A DNA stretch of 64,000 nt from an uncultured Candidatus Binatia bacterium (GCA_965214605.1 OZ243961.1:3072001-3136000); one strand, 5' to 3'; counted from the stretch's first letter, positions 20,635 to 31,214 are shown. Made by a program: numbers and translations. Notes: a model not told the origin generated them from the letters alone.

Positions 20635-20670
20635 GTTTACAATACCCCATTCTATAGTTAATTTGTAAAC
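20635..20670. promoter_or_regulatory. Inverted repeat operator candidate in the AT-rich promoter of the HTH-IrrE gene
   Basis: GTTTACAA-N20-TTGTAAAC perfect inverted repeat bracketing a minus-strand TATAGAAT -10-like box, 15 bp upstream of the start codon. Confidence 0.55.
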
Positions 20671-20943
20671 CTTTCCTCAATGAAGGTAGGTAAAAACGTC
20701 CTCGCATGATCGATACAAACCCAGAGAGAAGGCCCCGTGTTCAGGGCAGTACGAGATCACCAGACCTCGCGGTAGTGGAACAGGCATTGAGCGCACCGTG
20801 ACCAAGCCCCTACCTCCGATGCCGAGACGCGGTCCGCAGTACAAGCTCGTAGATCCGACGAAGCACGGCGTCGCGCCGCAAGTAGGAGCGAGCCCGAGGA
20901 GCGATATTTCGTTCGAGTTTAACGGCCGCAAGGTCCGTCCCGC

Positions 20944-22238
20944 TCAGATCAGCAATGAATTGCACTGCGATAAAACCGTTGGGGAGATCTCCGATGGACG
21001 TTGAGAAGAAAGCAAAAGCACCAAGCCAATCCCAAATTTCCGGCCTTCCCGCGCGATACGCTCGAATGTTCGGCAGCAAGTACGTCCCGGAGCAGGCGCT
21101 CCTTCTGACGTCAGCTCTCGATGCACAAACGCGTGTGCCTCATCAAGAACCAGAACAGTCGGAAGCTCGCTGCCCGCCCAGCGGCGGTGCCGTTTCACCG
21201 TTTCAAAAACCATTCGCGCAAGAACAGCGCCGATTACATGAACGGACTCGGACGGTACCAAGGAGAGATCAAGCACTGCCAGCGGGCCATTGGCGGCTTG
21301 GTCGGTACCGAGGACTCCGCCAGCCAATTAGCCAAGCGCATCGAACTTGCGTCATCTGGAGCCGCAATATCTGCCAGCGGGCCTGCCGCGAAAAGGCCGT
21401 GGATTCACAGATTCAACGAATCCACGAACTGCGAGATGGCCCGGCCCGTCACGTCTGCAGCAAGCGCTTCGACGAAAGCGGGAAGCTCACCTACTGGAGT
21501 ACTTCGGTGTATCTTCCCCAGATGTAAAGCTCTTCATTAGCCAAACCTGGGCTGTTCCGCCACCGCTCCCAGCGCCTTATTGTACTTCGCCGAGCGCAGC
21601 CTCTGCAAAATCGTTGTGCCAGAACCCGTCCTCCGCTTTCTGCCGGCCCCTAACCGATTCTTCAACCTCTTGAGCTCGTGCGGCTACCGCCTCCAACCGC
21701 GAGCGCACAGGATCCGGTGCTTGCCGGCCTAAGTCATCGAAGTCCGACGCCACATTTTCCAATAGCTGTGCTACCCCCTCTCTTCGTCCTTTCTGATGAT
21801 GTTCACCGCCTTGTATTCTCCCTGACAGTTCCGTGCGATATCGCCTGACGCGTCCACGGATCTTCGTCGCCGGCACGTCGGGTTCGCCTGCCCCGGATCT
21901 GAAACGCCGAATAGCATCAAATAGAATCGGCCGTTGCACTCCTGGGGCAGCACCTGTAAATGCGGCCCATTCATCCCCATTCCACAGCCACGCCGGTACT
22001 TTGAGCTGTGCTGCGTCATCCTTCGCTTCTACCTGAAAAATACGAGGGTTTAAGTCTGTGAACGCTCTCGAATACTCCCCATTCGGGTCCAGTACGATGA
22101 ACCGAGCGTTCGGCATGCCCGAAATGCGCGCCTGTTGCGCAGCCTCTAACGACCAACGAATAAGGCCGGCGACCGTGCATGACTTCCCGGCGCCTGTATT
22201 GCCCAGCACAGCAAGGTGCCTTCTAAACAGCTTGTGCG
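20944..22238 (-). pseudogene. HerA/DUF87 helicase-ATPase remnant (both ends lost, frameshifted)
   Basis: RHLAVLGNTGAGKSCTVA, IVLDPNGEY, VLVLDEAH, ERIAREGRKFGIGL..SQRPSEISPTVLSQCN. Confidence 0.85.
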
Positions 22239-23672
22239 GTACCTCGTCATTAGGCACGCCCGCCGCGATAGCGTGCTGGCGTACCCGCGCCATCGCTTCG
22301 CCCACCAGATCTGAGAAGGTCGTGAGCGCGACGAGTTGGCGGGCGATGAGAGGGCGCCGTAGGTGGTCAGGCCGTAATGCGGCGTCTTGAAATCGCGCGG
22401 ATTCTCAGGCAGCGCCATCTCCGGCCTCCATTCGGACCTCGCTTTGCGTGCTGCCGCCTCGTGTTCCGGCGTCGGCGAGAGGTAAACTCGGCCACGGTCG
22501 CCCTCAGCAACAATCGCCATCAGACGGGTGCGCATGCGCCCGGCCTTACCCTCAATATAGTCCGGCCCGATCTGTGTCCCGGACATCAGGCAGCGGAAAT
22601 TCGCACCACGGGCGCGCTTCGTACCCGCCTTCGCCACCTTGGGGTCCTTCGGCTTCCCTACCTTCACGGTGAACCGGTACCCGCCAGGCTCAATCACCGG
22701 CTCGACATAGGCTTCCTTACCCTTCTTGGTCGACAGCATGAAGGTCGAGGCTAGCGGGACTTCCACTTCCGCAAAGGCCGGGTTCGGACTCCTGACCGTG
22801 CGCACCCAGAGCCAGGCGATCACGGTCAGCTGCCGGCTGACGTAAGGCTGCAAATCAGGCCGCTCATGCGCCATCTCGGCGGTGATCTCGGCCTTCGGAT
22901 AGAGAGGCCCGATACGCCGCTCCGCCTCTTTGCGCATCCCCTCGCCGTAGGCGCGCACCTCCTCGGCCAGCCCCTCCGCGCCCCGCCGCTGCCGGGACAA
23001 CAGCTCCTCGTCCCCGCGCACCGCCAGGCTGACCGGCGGCCTGCCGACGAACTTCGACGGGACCTCGATCAGCGCCTTGGTGAGCAGCACCGCCACCGGG
23101 TTCAGGTCGCTGGCGTGGGCCTCAAGGCCGAGCCGTTGGGCCTCGAGCGGCAGCGCCCCCCCACCGGCAAAGGGGTCATGAAAGGCGGGCAACCTGGTAC
23201 GATCAAATAACTCTTTGGCCCTGGGATGGTCGGCATTGTGCGCGCAGGCGCGCCGCCAGCTGTGCCGGATCTCGCCGCGCGCCTTCTCCAGGACCGACGC
23301 ATTGGTCGTATTCTCCCACAGGACCAGCTCTTCTAGGAGGCCGAACAGACGAGCACGCTCGATCTCTGCGATGACCTCCTCAAGCGTCGGCGCCGGCTCG
23401 GGAATTGCGTCCGTATCGGCGAGAGCCTGCTTCGCCGTATGCTCGTCCAGCCGTTTCCGCAAGTGCTGTTCTGCCGCCTGTTTCTTCTTTGGCTCTGAGA
23501 GCAGCTCCTCCACATAGGCAGAGGGGTCATCGACCAGCTGCGCGAAGAGTACCGCCCGCGCCGTCGCTAAAGGCTTACGCGCCCACCACAGGTGCAACCA
23601 GCGCCTGCTCGACTTCTAGTTGATCGCATCAAGCGGCAGGGCGACTTCGATCAGCTTCTTGTTCGATTTCAT
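22239..23672 (-). pseudogene. DUF1156 adenine-specific DNA methylase, 5' half only
   Basis: MKSNKKLIEVALPLDAIN*...LHLWWARKPLATARAVLFAQLVDDP, FHDPFAGGGALPLEAQRLGL, SDLNPVAVL; internal stop, frameshift, and truncation into HerA. Confidence 0.85.
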
Positions 23673-23974
23673 TGCCGAGAGCTCCGATTGATCCGTTCGA
23701 ACTCAGAGTCGCCAAGCCCGGTCGCCTGGACCCCAGATGACCGGAAACGGGTTTCCACGTCGAATAGAGAATACCTCAAAAGGATTGCACTTATGCCGAT
23801 CATGCTTCTTTGGAAGACTTGGAGGAGTTTTTGCTCCGAGGTTCTGGCTCCTCCGCTCAACCTGCAAGGCATGTCGTCTACGCCGATCAGAAGTCGGCTG
23901 TCCCTCCTTCGAAAACGAATCACTGTGCGGTTAAATTTGCCGGCCGGCAAAGGCAGTCGGACGAGGGCTGGCAG

Positions 23975-24090
23975 GCTTTTCTTCGCGTTTCGCGAATCGT
24001 GCCTACCTGGAGCCCAGACTACCCCCATCCCTAAATCCGGACACGCTGGCCACCTAACTCATTGATTTATCGGCAGAGGAGGGAGGACTC
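23975..24090. repeat. Degenerate direct repeat of the tRNA-Ser 3' end and downstream flank (att-like); partner copy ~26265-26390
   Basis: ctggagcccagactacccccatccctaaatccggacacgctggccacctaactcattgatttatcggcagaggagggag versus ctggagccccagactgccccatccctaaaatgagacacgctggccacccaacccattgattcattggcggagagggaggg. Confidence 0.8.
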
Positions 24091-24182
24091 CAAAAGGCAA
24101 TGCAACCGCCTGAGATAGATAAACAAACTCAGTTACACAAAAAACTATTACCCAGATTGTTACGCAGTGTGTTGCTCGTATC

Positions 24183-24545
24183 TCAATACTGTTGTGGTTT
24201 AGATTCCTGTTTAATAATCTCCTGAATACCACGCCCTACATCTATAAGAGTAGTACCTATATCCTCAAAAATCTTATCTTGATTTTTAATGCTTTCCATC
24301 GTTGCCTCATGTTGCATCTTGAGAATTATCATCGTTTCTTCATGTCGCTTCTGTGAGTCTTCATGTCGCTTCTGTGAGTCTTCACGTTGTAATTGGAACA
24401 TCGCCATAGTTTCGTCGTGCTGCTGAGATCGTTTCTCACTGCTGTTTTCCATCGCGTTGATTCCTCGATTAATCAACCAAAGTTGTGCGATTCCTAGAGC
24501 ACCTGATACTAAAACCGGCAAGAATATTTCTACAAAATAGAACAT
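24183..24545 (-). CDS. Small AT-rich membrane-anchored coiled-coil protein with EDSQKRH heptad repeat
   Basis: N-terminal hydrophobic helix (FLPVLVSGALGIAQLWLI); 21-bp tandem repeat at 24337-24384; open frame in otherwise eroded DNA. Confidence 0.6.
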   Translation of the reverse strand: MFYFVEIFLPVLVSGALGIAQLWLINRGINAMENSSEKRSQQHDETMAMFQLQREDSQKRHEDSQKRHEETMIILKMQHEATMESIKNQDKIFEDIGTTLIDVGRGIQEIIKQESKPQQY

Positions 24546-24662
24546 CGCGCTACTTTCCACTTCCTTACCTGATGCCGAAATGTCAAGCGCCAGCCCAAGA
24601 TCCTCTGATTGTCTTGTCAACGATATTCTTCACATTTTTTAGACGCTTTGAGCTACTTGTCT

Positions 24663-24986
24663 TCATCTCACACCGACCGCATCCGTTTCCTCCTTGAGCA
24701 CCCCCCGGACGTCCACAAGATGCTTCTCGACAAACCGAATGCTTCCCACCTCCTGACCTAGCTTGACAGGAACGACCAACTCCTCTGACGAACAGATGTT
24801 CGTACGAACGACGGCCGCGGTCTCGTTATCCCGCTTGACGAACTCCTTGTACTTCGCTGCACATATTGGGCAAAGCGCCAGTTTCTTCCACCAATCGCTA
24901 TCACCGACCCGAGGCAGTACGTCCGCCAAAAAGGCACACAGCTCAATGGAGGTATCCTTCAAGAGAGCATCTATGCTTCGACTCAC
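24663..24986 (-). pseudogene. Deletion-fused remnant: a possible Swt1-like N-terminus joined to an HNH-like C-terminus
   Basis: ..LCAFLADVLPRVGDSDWWKK abruptly followed by LALCPICAAKYKEFVKRD..IRFVEKHL. Confidence 0.35.
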
Positions 24987-25065
24987 GACGGTGCTCCCCT
25001 GTCCGTTGCCCTACCGCCGTCAAGGATGACGAATCCCACGCTAATCCTCCCCAAGCAGCACGGAG

Positions 25066-26149
25066 TCAATGATCTGGGCAATGCGGCTTGCATCCAGACC
25101 ACCGCCAAGGTCGGCCTGAGTTTTGGTCAGCGTACCTTATTGCGAGCTTCCAGGGCAAGCCTTTGAACTTCTTCGTCTTGTATTGTCCGACGACGATGCT
25201 CAGAGTGCCGTTGGCAGTGTAAGCCTCGCCGTCTGGCTTAGGATAAACATCGCGCCATCGTTGATTTATAACGTTGATGACCTTGTCGCCATAGAGGATC
25301 CCTTGCGCCCGAACGGCCGCGGAATCGTACGCTTCCATCCCTCAGCTTCTGCGAAAGCTCGTCAGCGGCTGTGGAAGTGCTCCTGTAGAGTTCTTATTGA
25401 GCGCATCCACGCCCTTCGAGGCCGTTGATGAGTTCAGCTTGAATCTTCCGCGTTAGGTCTAGCGGAGCGGTCCACTGCACTGCCCGGAGGCTTTCACTCC
25501 CGCCGGTTGTGAGCCTCGCCAAAATGCACGAGCAGGCAGGAAAGCTCGGCGACACGCACTGTCTAGAGGCTTTCACTCCCGCCGGTTGTGAGGGTGTCCC
25601 AGACTTCGTTAGCGCCAGGATCGAGAGGACGACCGCTAAAGTGAGAGGCGAGCAGCACGTCAGGGCGGCTCGCCGAAGTCTGGCGACGGATAATGGTCAG
25701 CTCGGCGTAGCTCGGGGCGCACTTCGGGAGGATGCCTTCTACATTCTCTACGGTGAGCTCGGTCACGATATCCACAAAGGGCCTTCCGGATCCAATGGGC
25801 GAAAGCTGTCTGGGGGTCTCCGGCGAGGGGACGTAGCGCTCGACGTTTGTGAACGTGTCGAACAACGCTGCTAGCTGGTCCTCCGTGAGCATCGGACATG
25901 CATCGACGATCGCAGTCTTGTAGTCGCCGTAACGCGGCGCGATTCGGGAAATAGGCTTCTGTTTCGCCGTTGTAGAGGCGATAGCCATTCAAAAATTGCG
26001 CAAGTGCGCAGCCGGAACCACGCTGCCCTGTCTGTTCTTCGCTCCGCCCGCGCGCCTTGCCTGTTGGCACTAGAAGCAACACACCCTTGATCTTCTACTC
26101 CGGGCAGCCGACAGAGCATCATCAGTAATATGGTCTTGCCGGTGTTCAA
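25066..26149 (-). pseudogene. RecD-like SF1 helicase remnant
   Basis: Stitched frames give TGKTILL (Walker A), LLLVPTGKA (Ia), IVDACPMLT (II), PRQLSPIGSGRPF (III) and GDKVINVIN..ANG..IVV. Confidence 0.75.
25487..25592. repeat. 27-bp perfect direct repeat flanking a 52-bp insert
   Basis: gaggctttcactcccgccggttgtgag at 25487-25513 and 25566-25592. Confidence 0.85.
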
Positions 26150-26369
26150 ACGCGTGCCGTGCGTTCAACGCAAGTCAGGAGTCGTTTGTACGACCTCTGA
26201 AAGCGAATGACCAGCAGTTGAAACTGCGCGCTGACCACGGTGCGCTGTCAGATGGGGCGGATCGGGCTTTCGTGTCTCGCGAATTGTGTCCGAAATCGTG
26301 TCTAACTGGAGCCCCAGACTGCCCCATCCCTAAAATGAGACACGCTGGCCACCCAACCCATTGATTCAT

Positions 26370-26459
<90 letters not shown>

Positions 26460-26606
26460 TGCAGTGCATGGGGTTGTACCACCTCCGGGTTGGGATCGCA
26501 AGAAACTGATGGGTGAAGACGGCGTTTTGAGGGGCGAGTTTACCGTACTGGCTTGACACCCCTAGCGCCCTCTGTTTTTATGCCTCGGGCATATGTTGAG
26601 GGGAGT

Positions 26607-26960
26607 ATGGAGCAGTATGTTCCGGTCCTGATAGCGCTGATCTTAGCCGGGGTAGTCGCCGGGGCCATGGTCTTTGCCAGCACCCTGTTTGGCCCCAAGC
26701 AACATTCTGCGGTCAAAGATGAGCCGTTTGAGTGCGGTAATCCGTCGAGCGGTTCGGCCTGGGGGAGATTCTCGGTCAAGTTCTACCTGGTCGCCATTCT
26801 TTTCATTGTGTTTGACGTTGAGGTCGTGTTTCTCTACCCGTGGGCGGTGGTGTTTCGGCGGCTCGGACTGTTCGGCTTTGTCGAGATGCTGGTGTTCGTC
26901 CTGATTCTGGCGGTTGGGTTGGTGTATGTGATTAAGAAGGGGGCGCTCGAATCGGCCTAG
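26607..26960 (+). CDS. nuoA: NADH-quinone oxidoreductase subunit A
   Basis: KDEPFECG, RFSVKFYLVAILFIVFDVEVVFLYPWA; ATG after GGAG. Confidence 0.95.
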   Translation: MEQYVPVLIALILAGVVAGAMVFASTLFGPKQHSAVKDEPFECGNPSSGSAWGRFSVKFYLVAILFIVFDVEVVFLYPWAVVFRRLGLFGFVEMLVFVLILAVGLVYVIKKGALESA

Positions 26961-26982
26961 GCAAAAGACGAGCGAGACGGCC

Positions 26983-27483
26983 ATGGAGCTGCTGAGCAAA
27001 GCTGAGAGCGCCTTTCCGGGGAAGATTGTTGAGAGTCATGCCCAGCACGACAACGCCACGATTGTGCTTGAGCGGGCCGACCTGATTGCGGTTCTTAGCG
27101 GCCTCAGAGACGCTCCCGAGTTTGCCTTTAATATGCTGGTTGATCTGAGTGCGGTCGACTTTTTTGGTCGGGAGCCGCGCTTTGAGGTGGTCTACCACTT
27201 GTATTCCTTGCGGCTCAATCACCGCCTGCGGGTCAAGGTCCGGGTGGCCGAGGATGAGGCCTGGCTGCCGTCAGTGGCCGAGCTATGGAAGGCGGCCAAC
27301 TGGCTGGAACGTGAGGTATGGGACATGTTTGGGGTGTCTTTTCGTGATCATCCTAAGCTGACCCGCATTTTGATGTACGAAGAGTTTCAGGGCCATCCGC
27401 TACGTAAAGATTACCCAGTCGATAAGCGTCAGCCCCTAGTCGAAGAGCGCGATCCAATTGCCAACCCGTGGAATAAAAAGTAA
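26983..27483 (+). CDS. nuoC: NADH-quinone oxidoreductase subunit C
   Basis: RFEVVYHLYS, ANWLEREVWDMFG, GHPLRKDYP. Confidence 0.95.
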   Translation: MELLSKAESAFPGKIVESHAQHDNATIVLERADLIAVLSGLRDAPEFAFNMLVDLSAVDFFGREPRFEVVYHLYSLRLNHRLRVKVRVAEDEAWLPSVAELWKAANWLEREVWDMFGVSFRDHPKLTRILMYEEFQGHPLRKDYPVDKRQPLVEERDPIANPWNKK

Positions 27484-27484
27484 T

Positions 27485-28702
27485 ATGGCACAAGAGCCCC
27501 CCCCAGCCGCCGACATCCCCGACAGCCTTGACCCGACCTCAGAGGTGATGTCGTTGCAGATGGGGCCATCCCATCCAGCCACTCACGGCACGATTAAGTT
27601 TGATCTGACCCTCGACGGCGAAAAAATCCTCAACCTAGAGACCGAGATCGGCTATCTGCACCGCGGGTTTGAGAAGATGTGCGAGCAGCGCACCTGGAAT
27701 CACGTTGTGCCGTATACCGACCGGCTCAACTACGCCTCGCCGCTAATCAATAATGTGGCGTTTGCCCTGGCGGCCGAAAAACTGCTGGAAATCGAGGTGC
27801 CGGAACGCTGTCAGTACATCCGGACCATCATGAGCGAAATCTCGCGCATCACCGACCACATGACGTGTTTGGGCATGGCCGCGGCCGAGGCCGGTGCCAT
27901 CTCGGTCGGCTTCTATATGATGGAGACACGCGAGACGCTCTACGACCTCGTCTCGGCCGTAACCGGGGCACGGCTGACCGTTAGCTATGCCCGGGTCGGT
28001 GGGGTGACCCAGGATATCCCCCACGGGTTTGCCGAGCGGGTGCGGAGCGCGTTTGGCGATATCGACAAAATTCTGTCCGACTGCGATCAACTGCTGACAA
28101 AGAACCGGATTTTTATTGAGCGCATGTCCGGGGTCGGCGCGATCTCTCAACACGACGCGGTGTCCTACAGCCTAACCGGCCCGCTGTTACGGGCGACCGG
28201 CATTCCGCACGATATCCGCCGCTCCCAACCGTATTTGGTCTATGATCGGCTCGACTTCGATATTCCGACCGGCAGCCAGGGCGACAATTACGACCGTTTT
28301 GCGGTGCGCTTTGAAGAACTCAGGCAGAGCAAGCGCATCATTGAGCAAGCCCTTGAGCAACTGCCCGAGGGGCCGGTCCGGGTCGACGACCCCCGTATCA
28401 GCCTGCCCGACAAAAGAGAGGTCTACGGCAATATCGAGGGGCTCATGAACCACTTCAAACTGGTCATTGAGGGGGTAAAAATCCCACCCGGTGAGGTCTA
28501 TCTCCCGGTCGAGGGAGCGAACGGGGAGCTTGGTTTCTACCTGGTCAGCGACGGCAGTGGCCGGCCATACCGCGTCCGGGTCCGCCCGCCGTGTTTTTTT
28601 GGCATGGCCGCGCTTGGCACAATGCTCAAAGGCCACCTAGTATCCGATATCATCACCACCTTCGGGATGGTCAATATGATTGGTGGAGAGTGCGATAGAT
28701 AG
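27485..28702 (+). CDS. nuoD: NADH-quinone oxidoreductase subunit D
   Basis: MGPSHPATHG, IGYLHRGFEK, DRLNY, EGANGELGFYL, IGGECDR C-terminus. Confidence 0.96.
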   Translation: MAQEPPPAADIPDSLDPTSEVMSLQMGPSHPATHGTIKFDLTLDGEKILNLETEIGYLHRGFEKMCEQRTWNHVVPYTDRLNYASPLINNVAFALAAEKLLEIEVPERCQYIRTIMSEISRITDHMTCLGMAAAEAGAISVGFYMMETRETLYDLVSAVTGARLTVSYARVGGVTQDIPHGFAERVRSAFGDIDKILSDCDQLLTKNRIFIERMSGVGAISQHDAVSYSLTGPLLRATGIPHDIRRSQPYLVYDRLDFDIPTGSQGDNYDRFAVRFEELRQSKRIIEQALEQLPEGPVRVDDPRISLPDKREVYGNIEGLMNHFKLVIEGVKIPPGEVYLPVEGANGELGFYLVSDGSGRPYRVRVRPPCFFGMAALGTMLKGHLVSDIITTFGMVNMIGGECDR

Positions 28703-28727
28703 GCTGACTCAGCACCCGGGACTCGGC

Positions 28728-29210
28728 ATGTCCGTACAATTCTCAGACGAGACCTATACACGCTTTAAAGAAATCCTGAGCCACTATCCGACCAAACAGG
28801 CGGCCATTTTGCCGACGTTTTGGTTGGCCCAGGAGGAGTTTGGCTATTTGAGCCTGGAGGTCATGGAGTATATTGCCGACCTCCTTGATCTGTCACCCGC
28901 GTATGTGGCTTCGGTCGCCTCGTTCTATACGATGCTGTACAAGAAGCCGATGGGCCGGTTTCACCTCCAGGTGTGCACGAATCTGCCGTGTCGCCTGCGA
29001 GGCGCAGCCCGGATTGTGGACTGTGCCCAGGACAAGCTCGGCATTAGGCCGGGTCAGACCACGCCCGATCAGGTCTTTTCGCTCAGTGAGGTCGAGTGCC
29101 TAGGCTCGTGTGGCACGGCCCCGGTTGTCCAGGTCAACGACGACTACCACGAAAACCTGACCCCGGACCAGGTGGTGCGCTTAATCGAGGGTTTAGCGGA
29201 GAAAACGTAG
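28728..29210 (+). CDS. nuoE: NADH-quinone oxidoreductase subunit E ([2Fe-2S])
   Basis: SVASFYTM, VCTNLPCRLRG, ECLGSCGTAP. Confidence 0.95.
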   Translation: MSVQFSDETYTRFKEILSHYPTKQAAILPTFWLAQEEFGYLSLEVMEYIADLLDLSPAYVASVASFYTMLYKKPMGRFHLQVCTNLPCRLRGAARIVDCAQDKLGIRPGQTTPDQVFSLSEVECLGSCGTAPVVQVNDDYHENLTPDQVVRLIEGLAEKT

Positions 29211-29288
29211 ACACACAGGGGGAGAGAACACACCCGCCGCGCAGCAAGACTCCCCCGCACCCTCTCCCTGCAGAGAGAAAACAGACGC

Positions 29289-30380
29289 ATGTTGGATTTT
29301 ATCGTCTCTTTTACGCTCACCCTGCTTGTCCTCTTCATGGTCATCAACCTTGGCGGGCTGCTGCTGTGGGTTGAGCGCAAAGGCAGCGCGGTGTTGCAGG
29401 ACCGGATTGGTGCTAACCGGGCCGCTATTTTTGGCAAGCTGCCGTTTAATTTCGGCCTGATCAACACGCTGGTTGCCGATCCCATCAAACTGATTACCAA
29501 AGAAGATTTTATCCCGCCCGGGGCTGACCGCCTGTTGCATACCCTGGCCCCGATTATTGCCCTGCTACCGATTCTGATTACGTTTCTGGTGATCCCGTTC
29601 GGGGATGTGCTGATCGTCGGCGAGCGGACAATTTCCCTTCAGGCCGCCTCGCTCAACGTCGGCCTGCTCTACGTCTTGGCCATGGTGTCGCTGGGGGTGT
29701 ACGGCGTGGTGCTGGGCGGCTGGGCGTCCAATAACCGTTGGGCCTTGCTGGGCGGCATTCGCGGCTCGGCCCAGATGATTTCGTATGAAATTGCCATGGG
29801 TCTGTCGCTGATCGGCGTGGTGCTGAGCTTTGGCACGCTCGACTTACAGGACATCTCGCGCGCTCAGGGCGAGTTGTGGGGCGGAGTGATCCCGGCCTGG
29901 GGTGTTTTTTTGCAGCCGGTCGCCTTCTTTATCTTCATGACGGCCGGGATTGCCGAGAGCAAACGCAACCCGTTTGATCTGCCGGAGGCCGAGTCGGAGC
30001 TGATCTCGGGCTATTTTACCGAGTACTCGGGCATGAAGCAGGCGACCTTCATGTTGGTCGATTTTGTTGAGGTCGTGGTGGTCGCCGCGCTGGTGACTAC
30101 GTTGTTTTTTGGCGGCTGGCAGATTCCTTTTTTGGGCCGTGAGGGGTTTGCGTTTCCGGGTGGCGTGAGTCTTGGTCTGCCCTCGCTGCTCGTCAGCCTG
30201 CTGCAGGTCGGCGCCTTTACCCTTAAAGTCGTCTTCTTCTGCTGGCTCCAAATTATGATTCGCTGGACCCTGCCCCGCTTTCGCTACGATCAGCTCATCA
30301 ACCTGGGCTGGAAAATATTGTTGCCGATTGCCTTGGTCAACGTGATGGCCACCGCGCTGGTCATCCTCTTGGTGCAATAA
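29289..30380 (+). CDS. nuoH: NADH-quinone oxidoreductase subunit H
   Basis: ERK..AVLQDRIGANR, ADPIKLITKED, AQMISYE, PFDLPEAESEL, LPRFRYDQL. Confidence 0.96.
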   Translation: MLDFIVSFTLTLLVLFMVINLGGLLLWVERKGSAVLQDRIGANRAAIFGKLPFNFGLINTLVADPIKLITKEDFIPPGADRLLHTLAPIIALLPILITFLVIPFGDVLIVGERTISLQAASLNVGLLYVLAMVSLGVYGVVLGGWASNNRWALLGGIRGSAQMISYEIAMGLSLIGVVLSFGTLDLQDISRAQGELWGGVIPAWGVFLQPVAFFIFMTAGIAESKRNPFDLPEAESELISGYFTEYSGMKQATFMLVDFVEVVVVAALVTTLFFGGWQIPFLGREGFAFPGGVSLGLPSLLVSLLQVGAFTLKVVFFCWLQIMIRWTLPRFRYDQLINLGWKILLPIALVNVMATALVILLVQ

Positions 30381-30383
30381 GCT

Positions 30384-30875
30384 ATGGACCCGCTCACGTT
30401 TTTTGCTCTGGCTATTCCGTTGGTCCTTGTCGCCGGTCTGGTGGTCTTGCACCCCAACCCGGTCTACAGTGCCCTGTTTCTGGTCCTGACGCTGTTTCTG
30501 TTGGCGGTCTACTATCTGTTTCTAGAGGCCCATATGGTGGCGGTGTTGCAGATCATCGTATACGCCGGGGCGGTGATGGTCTTGTTCTTATTTGTGATTA
30601 TGCTGCTCAACCTCCAAACCGACCCCCAGCCACGGCTGCGCCGAGGGCTGAGCCGGGTCGCCCTGGGCGGCGGCGCGCTCTTACTCCTTGAGCTGTTTGT
30701 CCTGCTTGGCCGCACGCCGTCCGAGGGCCCGGCTGAGCTGCCGGAGGGGTTTGGGACGGTGACCGAGCTGAGCGAGCGACTGTTTACCGATTTTCTGATT
30801 CCGTTTGAAGTCACTTCGGTGTTGCTCTTGGTGGCCGTTGTCGGCGCGGTGGTCTTAGCCCAGCGTCAGACTTGA
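30384..30875 (+). CDS. nuoJ: NADH-quinone oxidoreductase subunit J
   Basis: NPVYSALFL, QIIVYAGAVMVLFLFVIMLLN, PFEVTSVLLLVA. Confidence 0.95.
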   Translation: MDPLTFFALAIPLVLVAGLVVLHPNPVYSALFLVLTLFLLAVYYLFLEAHMVAVLQIIVYAGAVMVLFLFVIMLLNLQTDPQPRLRRGLSRVALGGGALLLLELFVLLGRTPSEGPAELPEGFGTVTELSERLFTDFLIPFEVTSVLLLVAVVGAVVLAQRQT

Positions 30876-30907
30876 AGACGCGCTCTTGACAGCTGAAAGC
30901 GAAACAC

Positions 30908-31210
30908 ATGGTTCCTATCGGTTATCACCTTGTCCTCAGCGCGCTCCTGTTCACCATTGGGGTGATAGGTGTCTTGGTCCGCCGCAACGTGATTATTATT
31001 TTTATGTCGATTGAACTCATGCTCAACGCGGTCAATCTGTCCTTTGTGGCCTTTGCCTACCACCTGGGCTCTATGGACGGACAGCTGAGCGTCTTTTTTG
31101 TGATGGCCGTGGCTGCGGCCGAGGCCGCGGTTGGACTGGCGATCGTGCTGCTCGTGTTTCGCGGCAAAGAGACGGTCAATGCGGATGAACTGACCCTGCT
31201 CCGGTGGTAA
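30908..31210 (+). CDS. nuoK: NADH-quinone oxidoreductase subunit K
   Basis: [31 protein letters not shown]. Confidence 0.96.
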   Translation: MVPIGYHLVLSALLFTIGVIGVLVRRNVIIIFMSIELMLNAVNLSFVAFAYHLGSMDGQLSVFFVMAVAAAEAAVGLAIVLLVFRGKETVNADELTLLRW

Positions 31211-31214
31211 GGCT

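Larger units (their letters stand above)
1..26369. mobile_element. Degenerate genomic (defence) island downstream of tRNA-Ser(GGA); left end outside the window
   Basis: Dense defence-gene remnants and pseudogenes abut the tRNA-Ser 3' end. A degenerate repeat of the tRNA 3' end plus flank lies at ~23975-24090. No integrase is visible in the window. Confidence 0.65.

Noticed and set aside
21577-22305. Novel methylase-HerA fusion protein
   Set aside because: Both partners are truncated and frameshifted elsewhere; better explained as a deletion junction.
1-26369. Frameshifts explained as sequencing error
   Set aside because: About 27 kb of adjacent core genes are lesion-free, and the broken genes also show nonsense codons, motif substitutions and large deletions.
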